Shown here piece by piece: positions 40,399 through 52,599 of a stretch of 64,000 nt of DNA. Position numbers and translations under genes: made by a program. Source of the stretch: Octopus sinensis (lineage: Eukaryota); contig NC_043012.1 of assembly GCF_006345805.1 (NCBI RefSeq), positions 47,058,001 to 47,122,000 of the forward strand. The letters run 5' to 3'. Every line of letters begins with the position of its first letter. The stretch's first letter is position 1. The notes below the pieces were generated by a model. That model worked only from the letters and a program-made list of their open reading frames with translations. It made no database searches and was not told the DNA's origin.

Positions 40399-40438
40399 AA
40401 GAAATGACCGGTTTCGCGTTCAGCTTTTCAAATTTCTT
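40399..40438 (-). ncRNA. Minimal type I hammerhead-like motif with UUGAAAA (U3-A8) core
   Basis: Minus strand: aagaaat-TTGAAAA-gc tgaac gc-GAAA-ccg-GTC-atttctt. Perfect 7-bp helix I, palindromic ACCGGT helix III, GUC triplet, ~95 bp downstream of a GIY-YIG stop. Confidence 0.7.
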
Positions 40439-40530
40439 ACATCGTTATGATTTCGTTGAGAAGTGTAAAAAAGAGTTCCAGGTAAGGGGAGGTAATAAGT
40501 GATTTCTTCCGGTGTAATGGAGATAATCGC

Positions 40531-40870
40531 TTAATATTTCTTGCCTTTATTAGGGGGTGAGTTTATCTGTATAAGAATGTTGGAGAGGTTAAGTTTGGGC
40601 TTATATTTTTCAATGAAGCATGTTTCCTTGTTTAGTCTAGTTTGTGTTGGTGTTCCAATAGCACATTGGTAAAATGGAAAGATAAAAAATTGTGGTAGTA
40701 GTTGCTTTGCGCATTTCTCAATGTGCTCACTAAAGGGTATCATTCTGTATTCTGGGAATGCAATCTGTTGTCGATGCAGTGTACATCGACGTCTGAGTGA
40801 TAGTCCCGTGGATCCCACGTAGTTTTGGTGACAGCCCGAGCATCTTATGACATAAATTATGTTTTCAATT
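40531..40870 (-). mobile_element. Penelope-like GIY-YIG endonuclease C-terminal fragment
   Basis: NIIYVIRCSGCHQNYVGSTG.SLRRR..LHRQQI...R.IP.SEH..KC....F.IFPFYQC....R..KE..FI.KYKPKLN. Confidence 0.9.
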
Positions 40871-41213
40871 TAAAGGAAGTTAAGTAAATACTCATTTTTA
40901 CATAATTTTGGCCATGTTATTTCTGAGTCAGAAATAACATGGCTAAAATTATTTAAAAATGTGTATTTACTTAACCTCCTTTTAAATGCATACGCATACA
41001 CATATACAAATATTGTAATACATATACCCATACATACGTATCTATTTATGCAGAGAGAGACACACAGTACACCAATGTGCGAATACAACACTATTAAAAG
41101 GGAGAGTATATACGTGTGCGTGGCCGTGTGTGCATTTGTGTGTGTATACCTGTAAATGTGTTCGTGTAAATATATATATGCTTATTTCTCTCTCTCTCTC
41201 TCTCTCTCTCTCC

Positions 41214-41285
<72 letters not shown>

Positions 41286-42169
41286 ATGTGAGTGCACGTG
41301 TGTGTGTATGTATTTACACGCGTTTATACCAATGTTTAATATTTTTTGTGCGTGCATATTCGTTTTTTTTTTTTGTAAATATACACATACATACATATAT
41401 GCACATGATCACAAATACAAAAATATATTTTCGTATATATACAGGCTTCTAATAACCATGAAGTTTCTCTTTTTTTTATGCTGAAACGATATAGATTATC
41501 GAAGATGTATGCGATAACTCGAAGCAACTTTTTTGTATCTGTCTTCAATTTGCGGAGCATGGTACAGAATAGTTAGAGGAAATATTGATTAAATAACTGC
41601 ATTGCTCAGCATAATATTTAAACTGACCTTTTTAATACTGTCATCCAATTTACAAAAAGGGTCCTTTAATGTGGTCACTGAGACGAAATTCTTTGTGAAG
41701 TTTTGAGTTCTAATAATAATAAATTGTACAATATTGACATTAAAAATCTGGGACAGGAGATCGACGTTTGTTTACCAACAAAATGATGGCTAAGGAATTA
41801 AAACCGCGTTTCGTGGTCTGCTACCACAACACCTCCTTTATAGGATCCGGTTAGATCAAGAAATCATCAGGAGGAACCAACTCCGGATTCAGCACCTACT
41901 CCTCTACCGTTTTGACGTGGCGGGGCCCTCACTTTCGGAGGTGTCTTCAGCTCTGGTGTTGGGTGCATGTCGTCTTTCTTCGTTCTTCCGTTCTCTGGCC
42001 TCTTCGATGTAGCGTCAGCGAGTGTCAGCCGGAGACTGACTGACTTGTCAAACCTCTCACCTCTAAATACCTGCCGGTAGGCTCCACCGAGTGTCCCCAG
42101 CAAGTTGTTTACGTGACACTGTCTCACCTTAACTAATCAGTGAAGGCGCGTAGTCTTAGCCCGCGCATT

Positions 42170-44065
42170 CTCTAAACGGCCGTCCCCTGTCAGCAGCGAA
42201 GCTGATTCAGTGTAATCTTTTCTCACCTAGTGATGTTATTTCCCGCCGGCATGTTATGACTTTCAAGCCATTTTTGGTCTTCTCACTTCAGCCATATATA
42301 AAAGCTGGCTTTTTCGACCGCCTCCTGTACTCTCCTTATTACTTTTCGCAGCTCGGAGCTAGAAAAGACAAATCTTCTTTTGAATAGCGTCGTCATTTTC
42401 CTTTCAATGAAGCCTCTAGTCCCCACTGCCAGGTGATAATATTAGACATTCCATCCCTCTTCTCTGCATTCTTCGATAAATTTTTCGTACCTCCTCTCCT
42501 TTCGTTCCTCTGCATTGCCGATGTTCTCTTCCCAAGGTACTGTCAGTTCTAGCAAAATTCCTATTCTCTGTTCTTTGTTCCATAGGACTAAATCTGGTCT
42601 TTTTTGTTTTTATTAGTGGATATATTACTTGTCTTTCCAAATACGTGGCCACCTCCCAGTATCCCTTCCATCTTTCGTCTATCTCGTATATTTTACTTGT
42701 AGGCCTGGTTTTATATCCTTTTCCCTCCTTATGGATGTATACTTTCCTGCGCTTTTCTACTTTTGGGTACTCTCCCCTATTGTACTTCTCGGTCTTCTTG
42801 AGTGCTGCGCTTATGACGCCGAGGACTTGATTATGCCGCCATGTACATCTTTCTAGTGCTAGTCTGTAATTAAACAGAACATGTCTAACCGTCGCTTTCT
42901 CTCCGCATCTACACTCATCGGTTGTTTTTATGTTCCACCAGAGTAAGTTCGCCGGTGAGGGTAGAACGTCGAAGGTAGACTAGATCAGGAAGGATGTTCT
43001 TGCTTGTCCCCAAGCCCAAAGTTCCTTCCATGATATTCTGCGGCTGATCACGTATTCCTCCCATCTCAGGCACTGTCCCTGTTGACTGCATTGCACCAAA
43101 TGTACATTTTTCCTTTCTTCTTCCTCCTTTCTCACTTCGTATACCACTGCCTCTTTCATCTCTTTTATACTGCTTTTGCAAAATGGCCTGAAATTGTGCG
43201 ACCCTAGGCCGGTTCTTGCTTCTTGCGTCGCTCCGACTATATTGGCGTGTCTTAGTTTTCCGATCGCCCTGTTTACTGCCTCTTCTGCCTTCCATTTCCC
43301 CCCTGTTCGTACCTTTGGAGTGTTTTCCCGGAAGCTCTGATCTCTTGAATACCTTAGCATCACTACTGTACTTGCCTTTCTTGCCTTATATTCTTCGGCG
43401 ATTGATGTTATTGGTAGTTGCAGCACGTGTTTTTCATATAGTGCAGTTGTATTCAGTGGTTTCGGCAGATCAAGCCATTTTCTGATAAACACATTGCATC
43501 TTTGTTCCATCCTTTCGACTCTACTCGAGGCTATTTCGTACATTTGCAATGGCCACATTATTCTTGGGTACAGCCCAAATCGCTGTATCGAACATTTGAA
43601 TTTTCCCGGCAGGGTTGTTCTGTCAATTGCATTTAATCCTTGTTCTACTAACTCGTGTGTTTCTTTCCCTTGCTTCTTATCATTTAATAAATCTCTATAC
43701 CATCTGCCGAGGCACTTTACTGGTTGTTCTTTCACTGTTGGTATGTCTTCACCTCCTATCCTGAATTTCACTTCTTCTTGCCTTCCTTTCACGAAAGCCA
43801 CACTTCGAGATTTTTTGGCTTTGAATTTCATCCTTGCCCATCCTATCAGTTCGTCCAACCGCTCTAACGTTCCCTCTGCTGCTTCTCTACTTTCCGATAA
43901 TACAGTTACGTCGTCTATAAAAGCCTTTAATGGTGTCTTTGTAATAGCTTTCTCACAGTTTGTAGATGTAAGTAACGTTTCCATGACTAGCACGAATATG
44001 ATGACTGATATCATGCATCCGGCTGCAATACTTATTTCAAGCCGTTGCCAATCCGTTGTGAACTA
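42170..44065 (-). mobile_element. 5'-truncated HERO-like (RLE-type) non-LTR retrotransposon
   Basis: WQRLEISIAAGCMISVIIF, KAFIDD, WARMKFKAKKSRS, LPGKFK; in frame past the 42980 stop: FDVLPSPANL.WW, C.C....HVL, WRHNQVL; after a frameshift RPDLVLW (~42595), LELTVPWEE, K..RYE, GTRGF, IWLK. Confidence 0.85.
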
Positions 44066-44444
44066 TGTGTATCTTCTCTCTTTAATTAAACGTTTTCGAA
44101 TGATGCCAAAATGTTTTTTTTTCATTTTATATTTTAATTTATATATTTAACCGCTCTCAGAGAAAATACTTCCAATCACCTTTTATAGACATTTTTAGCA
44201 TCACCCTTGTCAGCTTCAGTTTCATGTGTCAGTGGTAAACCAGAGTACTCATAAACATACCCATTACATTGCGACAATGAAAAACGACTTCTTGTATATG
44301 TATACAATGTATGTCTGTATGTATGTATGTATGTATGTATGTATGTACGTGTTTTCCCCTCCTTATATCAATTGTATCAAGCTTATGGCTGTATCTTACG
44401 CGGTGACAGAAATAATTGGACTGAATACACGATCGCGTGGTTAA

Positions 44445-45935
44445 ACTATGGGGAGTGAAGGGCCCCTAGCCTTTGTTAAGGCATCCTTCTTGGAGAAGGC
44501 AACTCAGGTAAGTGGGATAACTCTGACATAAAACCAGCGGCTCAGTTGTTACCGTTGATGTTGACTTGTTTTTCTTTTCGGATTATGGCTGATGTTACTT
44601 AGTGAGTGGGATTGACTCAGTGCACAGCCTTTCCTCACTTTAAAGAATATCTTCTTGCACAGGCATTTCACGATAACAACTTTGATTGATTGATTAATTG
44701 ATTAACTAACTGATGATTGTTGATAGTGCTGTGAGTCTCAACTGAATGGCTGGCTGTAGCCTTAACAATTAAACAATCAATGATGTACCAAAACAGTATA
44801 AAAATAAATGGCAGTAAGGAATCTGGAATCACAACAGACGAAAATGTCTGGCCCGGCAGGGGATCCAGAGCTTCACAATCTGAACCCGGCCGTCATCATT
44901 CTGCTTTAATAGAACCAAATAAAATATTGGATATTGGCTATGGGTATATACGGACGCAGCTTGACTGCGAGTCCTCAGAAGGTCCTGAACAAAGGACTAC
45001 TAGGAGCTTCCTCGCTATGATCTTGACATCGTTGCTTTGTCTGAGACAAGATTACTGGAGATTGTCATCTGACAGTATCTTGTGGAAAATATATATATTC
45101 TTTTGGAAAGAGAGGGATGAAGAGGCTGGAGTGGCGTTTGCTGTTAAAAGTACTCTTGTGGACAAGTTGGAAGAATTCCCAGTCGGGATTAACGAGAGTC
45201 TTATGACCATCAGAATTTATGTCCATGAGATTTCCTTTGGTTAAAGGAAATTATGTGATCTTGGTGCGTGTGTATGCTCCAACTATGTACTCTACTGATG
45301 AAGAAAATATTTGAAGGTTATTATAAGAAGTATCCATCGGGCAGACAAAGTCATCGTACTGGGTGACTTTAATGCTACAGTGGGTAGGGACTTTACCACA
45401 TGGACTGTAATTGGAAAGCATGTGGTGGGAAAGTGTGATAGTAATGGTATGCAGATGTACGAGAAACTGTGTCTGAGTGTTACCAATACCATGTTTCAAC
45501 AACAAAGAATAAGTTTTAAGACCACATGGATGCATCCTGCATCTAAAGAATGGCATATACTGGATTACATCCTTGTTAGGGTGCATGGCACGCGAGATGT
45601 GCACTGTGTTCGTGTCCTTTGCGGGGCTGAATGTTGGACTGACCACCGCTTAGAACGTGTAGAAGTGAAATTAATCGCAAAACGTAAATTCCTTAAGAGA
45701 TACGAGCATCTCCCCTGACCGTAGCAGGTAGAGAAAGATTGTGTACGAGGGGACAGTCACTTTTTGAGAAATCTCGAGTTGCGCATGAGAAAGTAAGGAG
45801 GGATGCGAGGAAGGGCATCGCTGTTGCACTTTCAGATCGTAAGGTTCTTCCTATGATGCTGACATGCAGTGTCTGTGCAAGACCCTGCTGGACTCAATAA
45901 AAGCTGGACTCAATAGACATCTGGTTTCATGTTGT
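44445..45935 (+). mobile_element. RTE-clade LINE derivative: putative 5' region + APE endonuclease + extreme 3' end, RT deleted
   Basis: GVAFAVKS, VYAPT, KVIVLGDFNATVG, KTTWMHP.SKEWHILDYILVR, CWTDHRL (45120-45660); then LTCSVCARPC..KAGLNRHL (~45860-45925) typical of the RTE C-terminus, then (TA)n. The 5' UTR assignment is inference. Confidence 0.8.
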
Positions 45936-45944
45936 ATATATATA

Positions 45945-46055
<111 letters not shown>

Positions 46056-46249
46056 TTATTACATTAACCTGTCGTATGTCCAATTTTGGCCAAATGTAAA
46101 TTTTCATAATTATTTTGGGTTGCAATACCTGGCTTTTTGGTCAAATTATCGTATGTCCAGCTGCTTGAGATGCCAATATATCAAAAATTGTGAGAGTGTA
46201 GTACAGCGGTTGTATATGTGTGTGTGTATGCATTAATATATATGTATAG

Positions 46250-46635
46250 GCATGGCAGTAGCTGTGTGGTAAGAAGCTTGCTTCCCAACCACAATCTTCT
46301 GGGTTCAGTCCCACTGCCTGGCACCTTGGGTAAGTGTCTTCTACTATAGCCTTGGGCCGACCAAAACCTTGTGAGTGGATTTGGCAGACGGATTTGGTAG
46401 GCGGAAATTGAAAGAAGCCCGTCGTATATATCTATGTATGTATTTTTGTCTGTGTCTGTCTCCCCACCATCGTCTGACAATCAAAGTAGTACATTTACGT
46501 CCCCGTAAATTCGCGGTTCGGCAAAAAGTGACCGATAGAATAAGTACTAGGCTTACAAAGAATGAGCCCTGGTATCGAATTGTTCGTCTAAACGCGGTGC
46601 TCTAGCATGGCCGTAGTCAAATGACTGAAACAAGT
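46250..46635 (+). mobile_element. Full-length CORE-type tRNA SINE
   Basis: gctgtgtggtaagaagcttgc A-box-like, gggttcagtccc B-box-like, gcaccttgggtaagtg CORE-like block, 3' end aaatgactgaaacaag. Confidence 0.85.
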
Positions 46636-46740
46636 ATGTATATATATATATATATACATACTTATGCACAATTATACAAATATATGCATATGTGTATTTC
46701 ATATGTAAAGGGAGGTTATTGTTATTATTATTATTATTGC

Positions 46741-46788
<48 letters not shown>

Positions 46789-46863
46789 CATCATCATCAT
46801 CAGTAGTAGCATCATCGTCATCCTATACCTCTTCTTCATTTTCATCATCATTATCGTCAACTC

Positions 46864-46901
<38 letters not shown>

Positions 46902-48292
46902 ATTATTATAAATATAACTTCTGTTTCAAGATGACACTTCCTCTTAAATGTATTGAAACAAACAATTGCTGAAGAATTTCAGAGACATAGTTTTGCATAG
47001 ATTACTACAACCGATTCTGTTTAAATAGAATAACTCTATTAAAGTTAGCGTTAACTCCAAATAGACGTTTCTACCACTCAATTCACGTCTCACTAATTCA
47101 ACTGGCATCGGAACTAAACCAGAAACTTGATGTCCTATGGTTTCCGTTTTCTGACTATAATGGCTGTAATTAAGCAATCGTGCAGACATCAAGGAATTCA
47201 AACATTACGTAACCTTTTTCATTGTCACGTAATGCGATCTCCACGAATTCTGACAATTCTTAAGACGTAACTTTAAATATTGTATGCTTCGTCAAATGCT
47301 CCCTGTCAAAATCACATGATATTCAAGTAAAAATCCTATAGTGCTATATTTTCCTGAGAATTATTATTTAGTAGCATAATCTTCTGCTGCTTACATCAAA
47401 GCGTATCATTCACAATGTTCGCAAGTATATTTCAATATATAATGATTATGCAAGGTTTGTGTTATTGAATTTTATAAAGATTGCATGGGTTATTTAACTG
47501 GATAGGTTGATTGCCACTGTCTTCATGTCAAGGGGAAAGGCTGCATTTGACAAGAACATCAGCAATATATGACGTTGTATTTTATATTTCGTTGTACATG
47601 AATATGTATTTAGACTGTGAATTCTAATCGTTCAATCTTCTTAAATGCCTATATGCAAGCACATTTTTATACACACAAACACCCTTACACAGACATACAC
47701 ACGCGCATATATACAGAGAAAGCGAGAGATATAAATAGCGAGGGATAGAGAAAGAATCAATAAGAATATACGTCTGATGTCTCTACATACACGTTCTGTT
47801 GTATGGAAAGAAACAAATAATATATGAAAGTAACATTCATGAGTTTCATCGGAACAACTCAATGTGTTTTGTTTGTGTGGGAATCGAAAGCATTCTACCT
47901 CGATTAATCAGCTCTGGTCCTGTATCTTGACTACAGAGTCTATGGTGATAAGCATATGTAAATGTTCAACATATCATATTTAACTTTGCTTCCACATTTA
48001 TTAAGATATATGCTATGTAAATTCTGTATTTAGTATATGCTTATCGATAACTGAAGCACTCGATACGCAATGAATTGCGTACATCAATATTTATCCCAGC
48101 ACCTTTATACAAACAGAGTAACTCTAACAGTATGACTATTAAATACGTCACATGATTAGTAATACAAAAGCGTATTTTGCTTGTACACAGCTCAGTACTA
48201 AATATTTCGAACTTGAGATGTAACTTAAATGTAGTTGAGATTGTTTTTTCCAGTCATTTCAATAATTTCTCTAAGCTAAATTGGAACTGAAG

Positions 48293-48326
48293 AATTTCTT
48301 GATACGAATGTCGCAGCTGTATGTAT

Positions 48327-48358
<32 letters not shown>

Positions 48359-48375
48359 CACACACACACACACAC

Positions 48376-48450
<75 letters not shown>

Positions 48451-48495
48451 AGTGTGTATGTATACATACAGCTGCGACATTCATATCAAGAAATT
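48293..48495. repeat. 44-bp inverted repeat around a (CA)n(TA)n(TG)n core
   Basis: 48293-48336 vs 48452-48495: 1 mismatch. Confidence 0.95.
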
Positions 48496-48543
48496 GATAC
48501 GACCGCGAGCTCGCTGTCCTAACCACTAGGCCATTGCTTCCTC

Positions 48544-48622
<79 letters not shown>

Positions 48623-48624
48623 GT

Positions 48625-48880
48625 GGAGGAAACAATGGTCTAGTGGTTAGGGAAGCGGACTCGCGGTCGCAGGATCGCGGTTTCGATTCCCAGACCGGGC
48701 GCTGTGAGTGTTTATTGAGCGAAAACACCTAAAAGCTCCCCGAGGCTCCGGCAGGGGGTGGTGATCCCTGCTGTACTCTTTCACCACTCTTTCTCCCACT
48801 CTTTCTTCTGTTGGCCTGATCGCTTAGCCAGCGGAGTGGCGTCATTCGAAGGCTAAAACAATGCGAACGCATTGTGACCA
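48625..48880 (+). mobile_element. tRNA-Arg-like SINE (OR-type); an inverted head fragment lies at 48496-48546
   Basis: A box tggtctagtgg, anticodon-like arm gcgga-ctcgcgg-tcgc (TCG), B box ggtttcgattcc, then a non-tRNA body. Confidence 0.8.
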
Positions 48881-48900
48881 TATATCTGTGTGTGTATAGA

Positions 48901-49269
48901 TATACGTACATATGCACGATTATACAAATATATGCCTGTGTATTTCATATGTAATGGGAGATTATTGCTATTATTATTATTATTATTAGTGGTAGTAGTA
49001 GTAGCAGCAGATGCATTGACGGAGATGCATTGTATTTTATATTTCGTTGTACATGAATATGCATTTAGACTGTGAATTCTAATCGTTCAATCTTCTTAAA
49101 TGCCTATATGCAAACACATTTTTATACACACAAACACCCTTACACAGACATACACACGTGCATATATACAGAGAAAGAGAGAGATATAAATAGAGAGGGA
49201 TAGAGAAAGAATCAATAAGAAGATACGTCTGATGTCTCTACATACACGTTCTGTTGTAGTAGTAGTAGC

Positions 49270-49330
<61 letters not shown>

Positions 49331-49335
49331 ATTTT
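48901..49335 (+). repeat. Mosaic local duplication of 46653-46745, (GTA)n and 47575-47803
   Basis: 49030-49258 vs 47575-47803: ~7 differences in 229 bp; 48901-48987 resembles 46653-46745. Confidence 0.9.
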
Positions 49336-50129
49336 TAAAGACAGCCAAGATAATCTTTATGAAACTTGTTTTACAGATTATGTAAAACATGATTCACTGA
49401 TAAAACATGATTCACGAAATAGGTGAATAAAACTCTCCCCCAGAAAATATAAATTAATCAAAATATATTTTGATGATAGGAAAATTTATTTATTGTCAAC
49501 TTGGATCAAAATATTCACATGCAAAACGGCCATTTCACTTTTAAAATAACTGTGAGCGAATGGTCTGCAGTTGTGAAAGGATCCTCTACATTCTTCAGGT
49601 GGATTTCGGTGCTCTGAGGCGGAGGAAAATGCTGGTTGCGTGATGTTGAAGGGCAAAACGAAAGCTTCCATCGGAAAGTAAATAGGATTATAAAGTTTAA
49701 ACACATCGCCATGTCTTAAGGGTAGAACTTTGGGTATTTTCCTTAAATTATTCACTTTAATATTTTATCTCTCACTCCATTTACGTTCAGTAACAATACA
49801 TATTTGATTTCGAAGAACATAACTTTCAACTGAATTCTAGGTTCAATGATATAAAGTTTTCTTTATAATTCCTGCGGCAACACATAAGAAAAATAGTAAT
49901 TAATTTCCAAATTATCTACAGAATACCAACGGAACAAATTCTATAAAATCTTGCAAAATTATTATATATATTTCTTTATTTTCGAAAATATTGAATTCTC
50001 GGTCATGGTTGAGCGAGCATACACCATTTTAGATGTAGGCATCAATAAGCGGTTAACTCTGTATATCAGAAAGTTTACCACCAAATAGAGAGTATATCGG
50101 GTTTAGTCTCTGTTATATCATTAATTTCA

Positions 50130-51160
50130 TACAATTTGCTCTCCAATCGTTGCTGAAATCTTTATTCTTTATTTACATATATGATCAGTTATGCTATATA
50201 TAACATTACTTGTTTATTCATTAGTTTAAAGCTTTGATAAGGAGTAATGAAAAATCAGCGTCAAAAGGAAATAATAATATGAAAAACTAGGAATTGCCAA
50301 CGAACGTATGGAATAAAACTGGCTTAGACGTTTGAAACAAAGTGATGCCATCTTTTAATTCAAATCAAAATCAGGAAAACCTTCTGCAGTTGAAATGGTC
50401 AAACAACAGCCAATTACAAACATTCCTAAGTCGATGGCAATACTTGGTCCTTCACAAGACAATATCAATGGACACTTTTATAAGCTCAGCCTCGTGAATA
50501 GACGCTCTGGACAAGCTCCTCCTAAACAGACCAATGATCAGATTTAACTACGTGTGAAAATTTGCGAATAACAGGTGGTCAATATTAGAAACGTTTATTT
50601 TTATCGTCAGATTGGAAACGGAGATTAACAATATGTCCATTTTCGAAATCCTATTAAGGGTTGTCGGTGGCTTTTTCCGACAAGGTTTCAGAAGAAGTTG
50701 TCAAAAAAGGGCATTTTGAATAGAAGTTTATTTTGTGTGTTTGATGGAATTTCCAGATGTCGCACTTTAAGCTAGTCCTCAAAGTTCATGCTGGAGACGC
50801 TATCTTTTATTCTCAGCATCTGAAGCGAAAATATTATGCTTTGAATGCCCTGCTATCCGGAATTGGCAAATAAAAGTAGCACACTCCTGCAAGTTGATAT
50901 ATTGCCCCAGCACTCAATGCCAATATGACAACGTAAAAACTTGAAGAACTTGAGGGGCTGAAAGTGCTACCTCATTTTGCCTACTGTTCAGAATTTGCTT
51001 TAGGGGTATCACGAAATGCTTGGTTGAAGTTCCAATATTCTGAGTTCTTTTAGAGGACTTAGAAAAAACTGAAGTACCACGAATCTGAGACGGGTATATG
51101 CTGAATAAAACCATAATTAACTGATCCCCTCGTATTCTTTTACACAAAGCCATGTACTTT
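50130..51160 (+). mobile_element. Heavily decayed mariner transposase
   Basis: NWLRRLKQSD, SGKPS, LGPSQ..I..H..KL, RVKIC, CV*WNF, FYSQHL.R, LLQVD (cf. LLQQDNA), KLEELEGLKVLPHFAYCSE (cf. LPHPAYSPDLAP). Confidence 0.75.
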
Positions 51161-51800
51161 TCAGCAACCCTTGTAAATTTAACCTTTTCGGTTTGTACGA
51201 GGCCAAATCCTTTGTATTAAAGCAGGGAAATTTCATTTATGGCAGGGGGAATTCAATTTTTATTATTAGCAGCGTGCCATATAGAGAAATATAATCTATT
51301 CATTTCCGAGATGCAAAAGTTAAATTTACCGATATAAGATCATTATTAAGAACCTATTCCAGACGGTGAACGTATCTATCTGAAAATCTTCACTTCATTA
51401 GATCACTATGTCATCAAAACAAACGCTTACACATGCAAACTAGATAACTAGTTTTTCAGATATTCTTGTCATAATCCAGGTGCTTCTCAGCATAGCTTCC
51501 ACAAACATATCATTGATCCAGAAATCTCTTCGGATATGTAAGACAAAGACGTTGATGTTGCTAAAAAATCATTGTTCATAATCTCGGAAAGCAGCAAATA
51601 GGAAGAATTTTCAGGAGAGAGAAAAAAACCCAAACCAAACGTCGATATCTTGCAGGAATTAACTTGGCTGACAATGGCTACTATATATAACTAATCAAAT
51701 TCATATAGTTGCCATGTATCATATTCGATATGATAGAAGCAGAAACGACTTGAATAAAAATATTAGAAATACACTAAAATTCACACTCTGAGAGATAAAA

Positions 51801-51835
<35 letters not shown>

Positions 51836-52599
51836 CATACATACATACATACATACATACATACATACATACACAGATACATAGAATATAGATAGTGGGA
51901 TACATTACATAAAGTGATAGACAGAGTGACAGGTAGGAATATACAGTTAGTAACGTATGTATAGAGAAGTGAAATCCTTTCAGAGGAAGTATATATAGAT
52001 TCGACCAATGGGAAATGGTTTTTAATTGATGTGAACCATTAAGTAATCCGATATTGCTACCATCTATAGTAAACACTGACACATAAAAACACATGCACAC
52101 ACAAACACATTATATACACTTGAAATGTATCTGGAACAATATTATATAATGAAACAATATGTCATGATTTGAAGGAGATATCATATCTTCCTTATTTGGC
52201 TGCAATAAGCAGCTGTCATTTCTAGCACGTTCACTAAGCTGTTGCAATGATGACATTAGTCACGTATGGATAATTATCAGAATCCATGTCTCCTGCAACG
52301 AAAGTCAAAGTAGAATAAGTTGGGAAACTAATTTGAGAAAAAAAATGTAACTCATTCATCTCTCCAGTTTTTGTGTCCACTCAAGCATCTATTATGTTTG
52401 TGTCCAAGAAACGAACGAAAGGAAATATACTCATGTTTATATTTTATTAATTCTGACATGTACTACATTTCTTTATGTTTTCCTGAAGCAGTTTTTTTTA
52501 ACAATGAACGACAACAAAAACGTCATAACAAAAGGAAAATGAATGTATAAATAAAGAGGACGAATTTTTTGAATAACTTTGTATTGGAAATAATTAATT

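Noticed and set aside
48625-48700. Possible tRNA-Arg gene
   Set aside because: No proper acceptor stem or poly-T terminator; it continues into a SINE body, and related heads recur.
50340-50550. 62-codon open frame FKSKSGKPSAVE... as a host exon
   Set aside because: It is the helix-turn-helix region of the decayed mariner.
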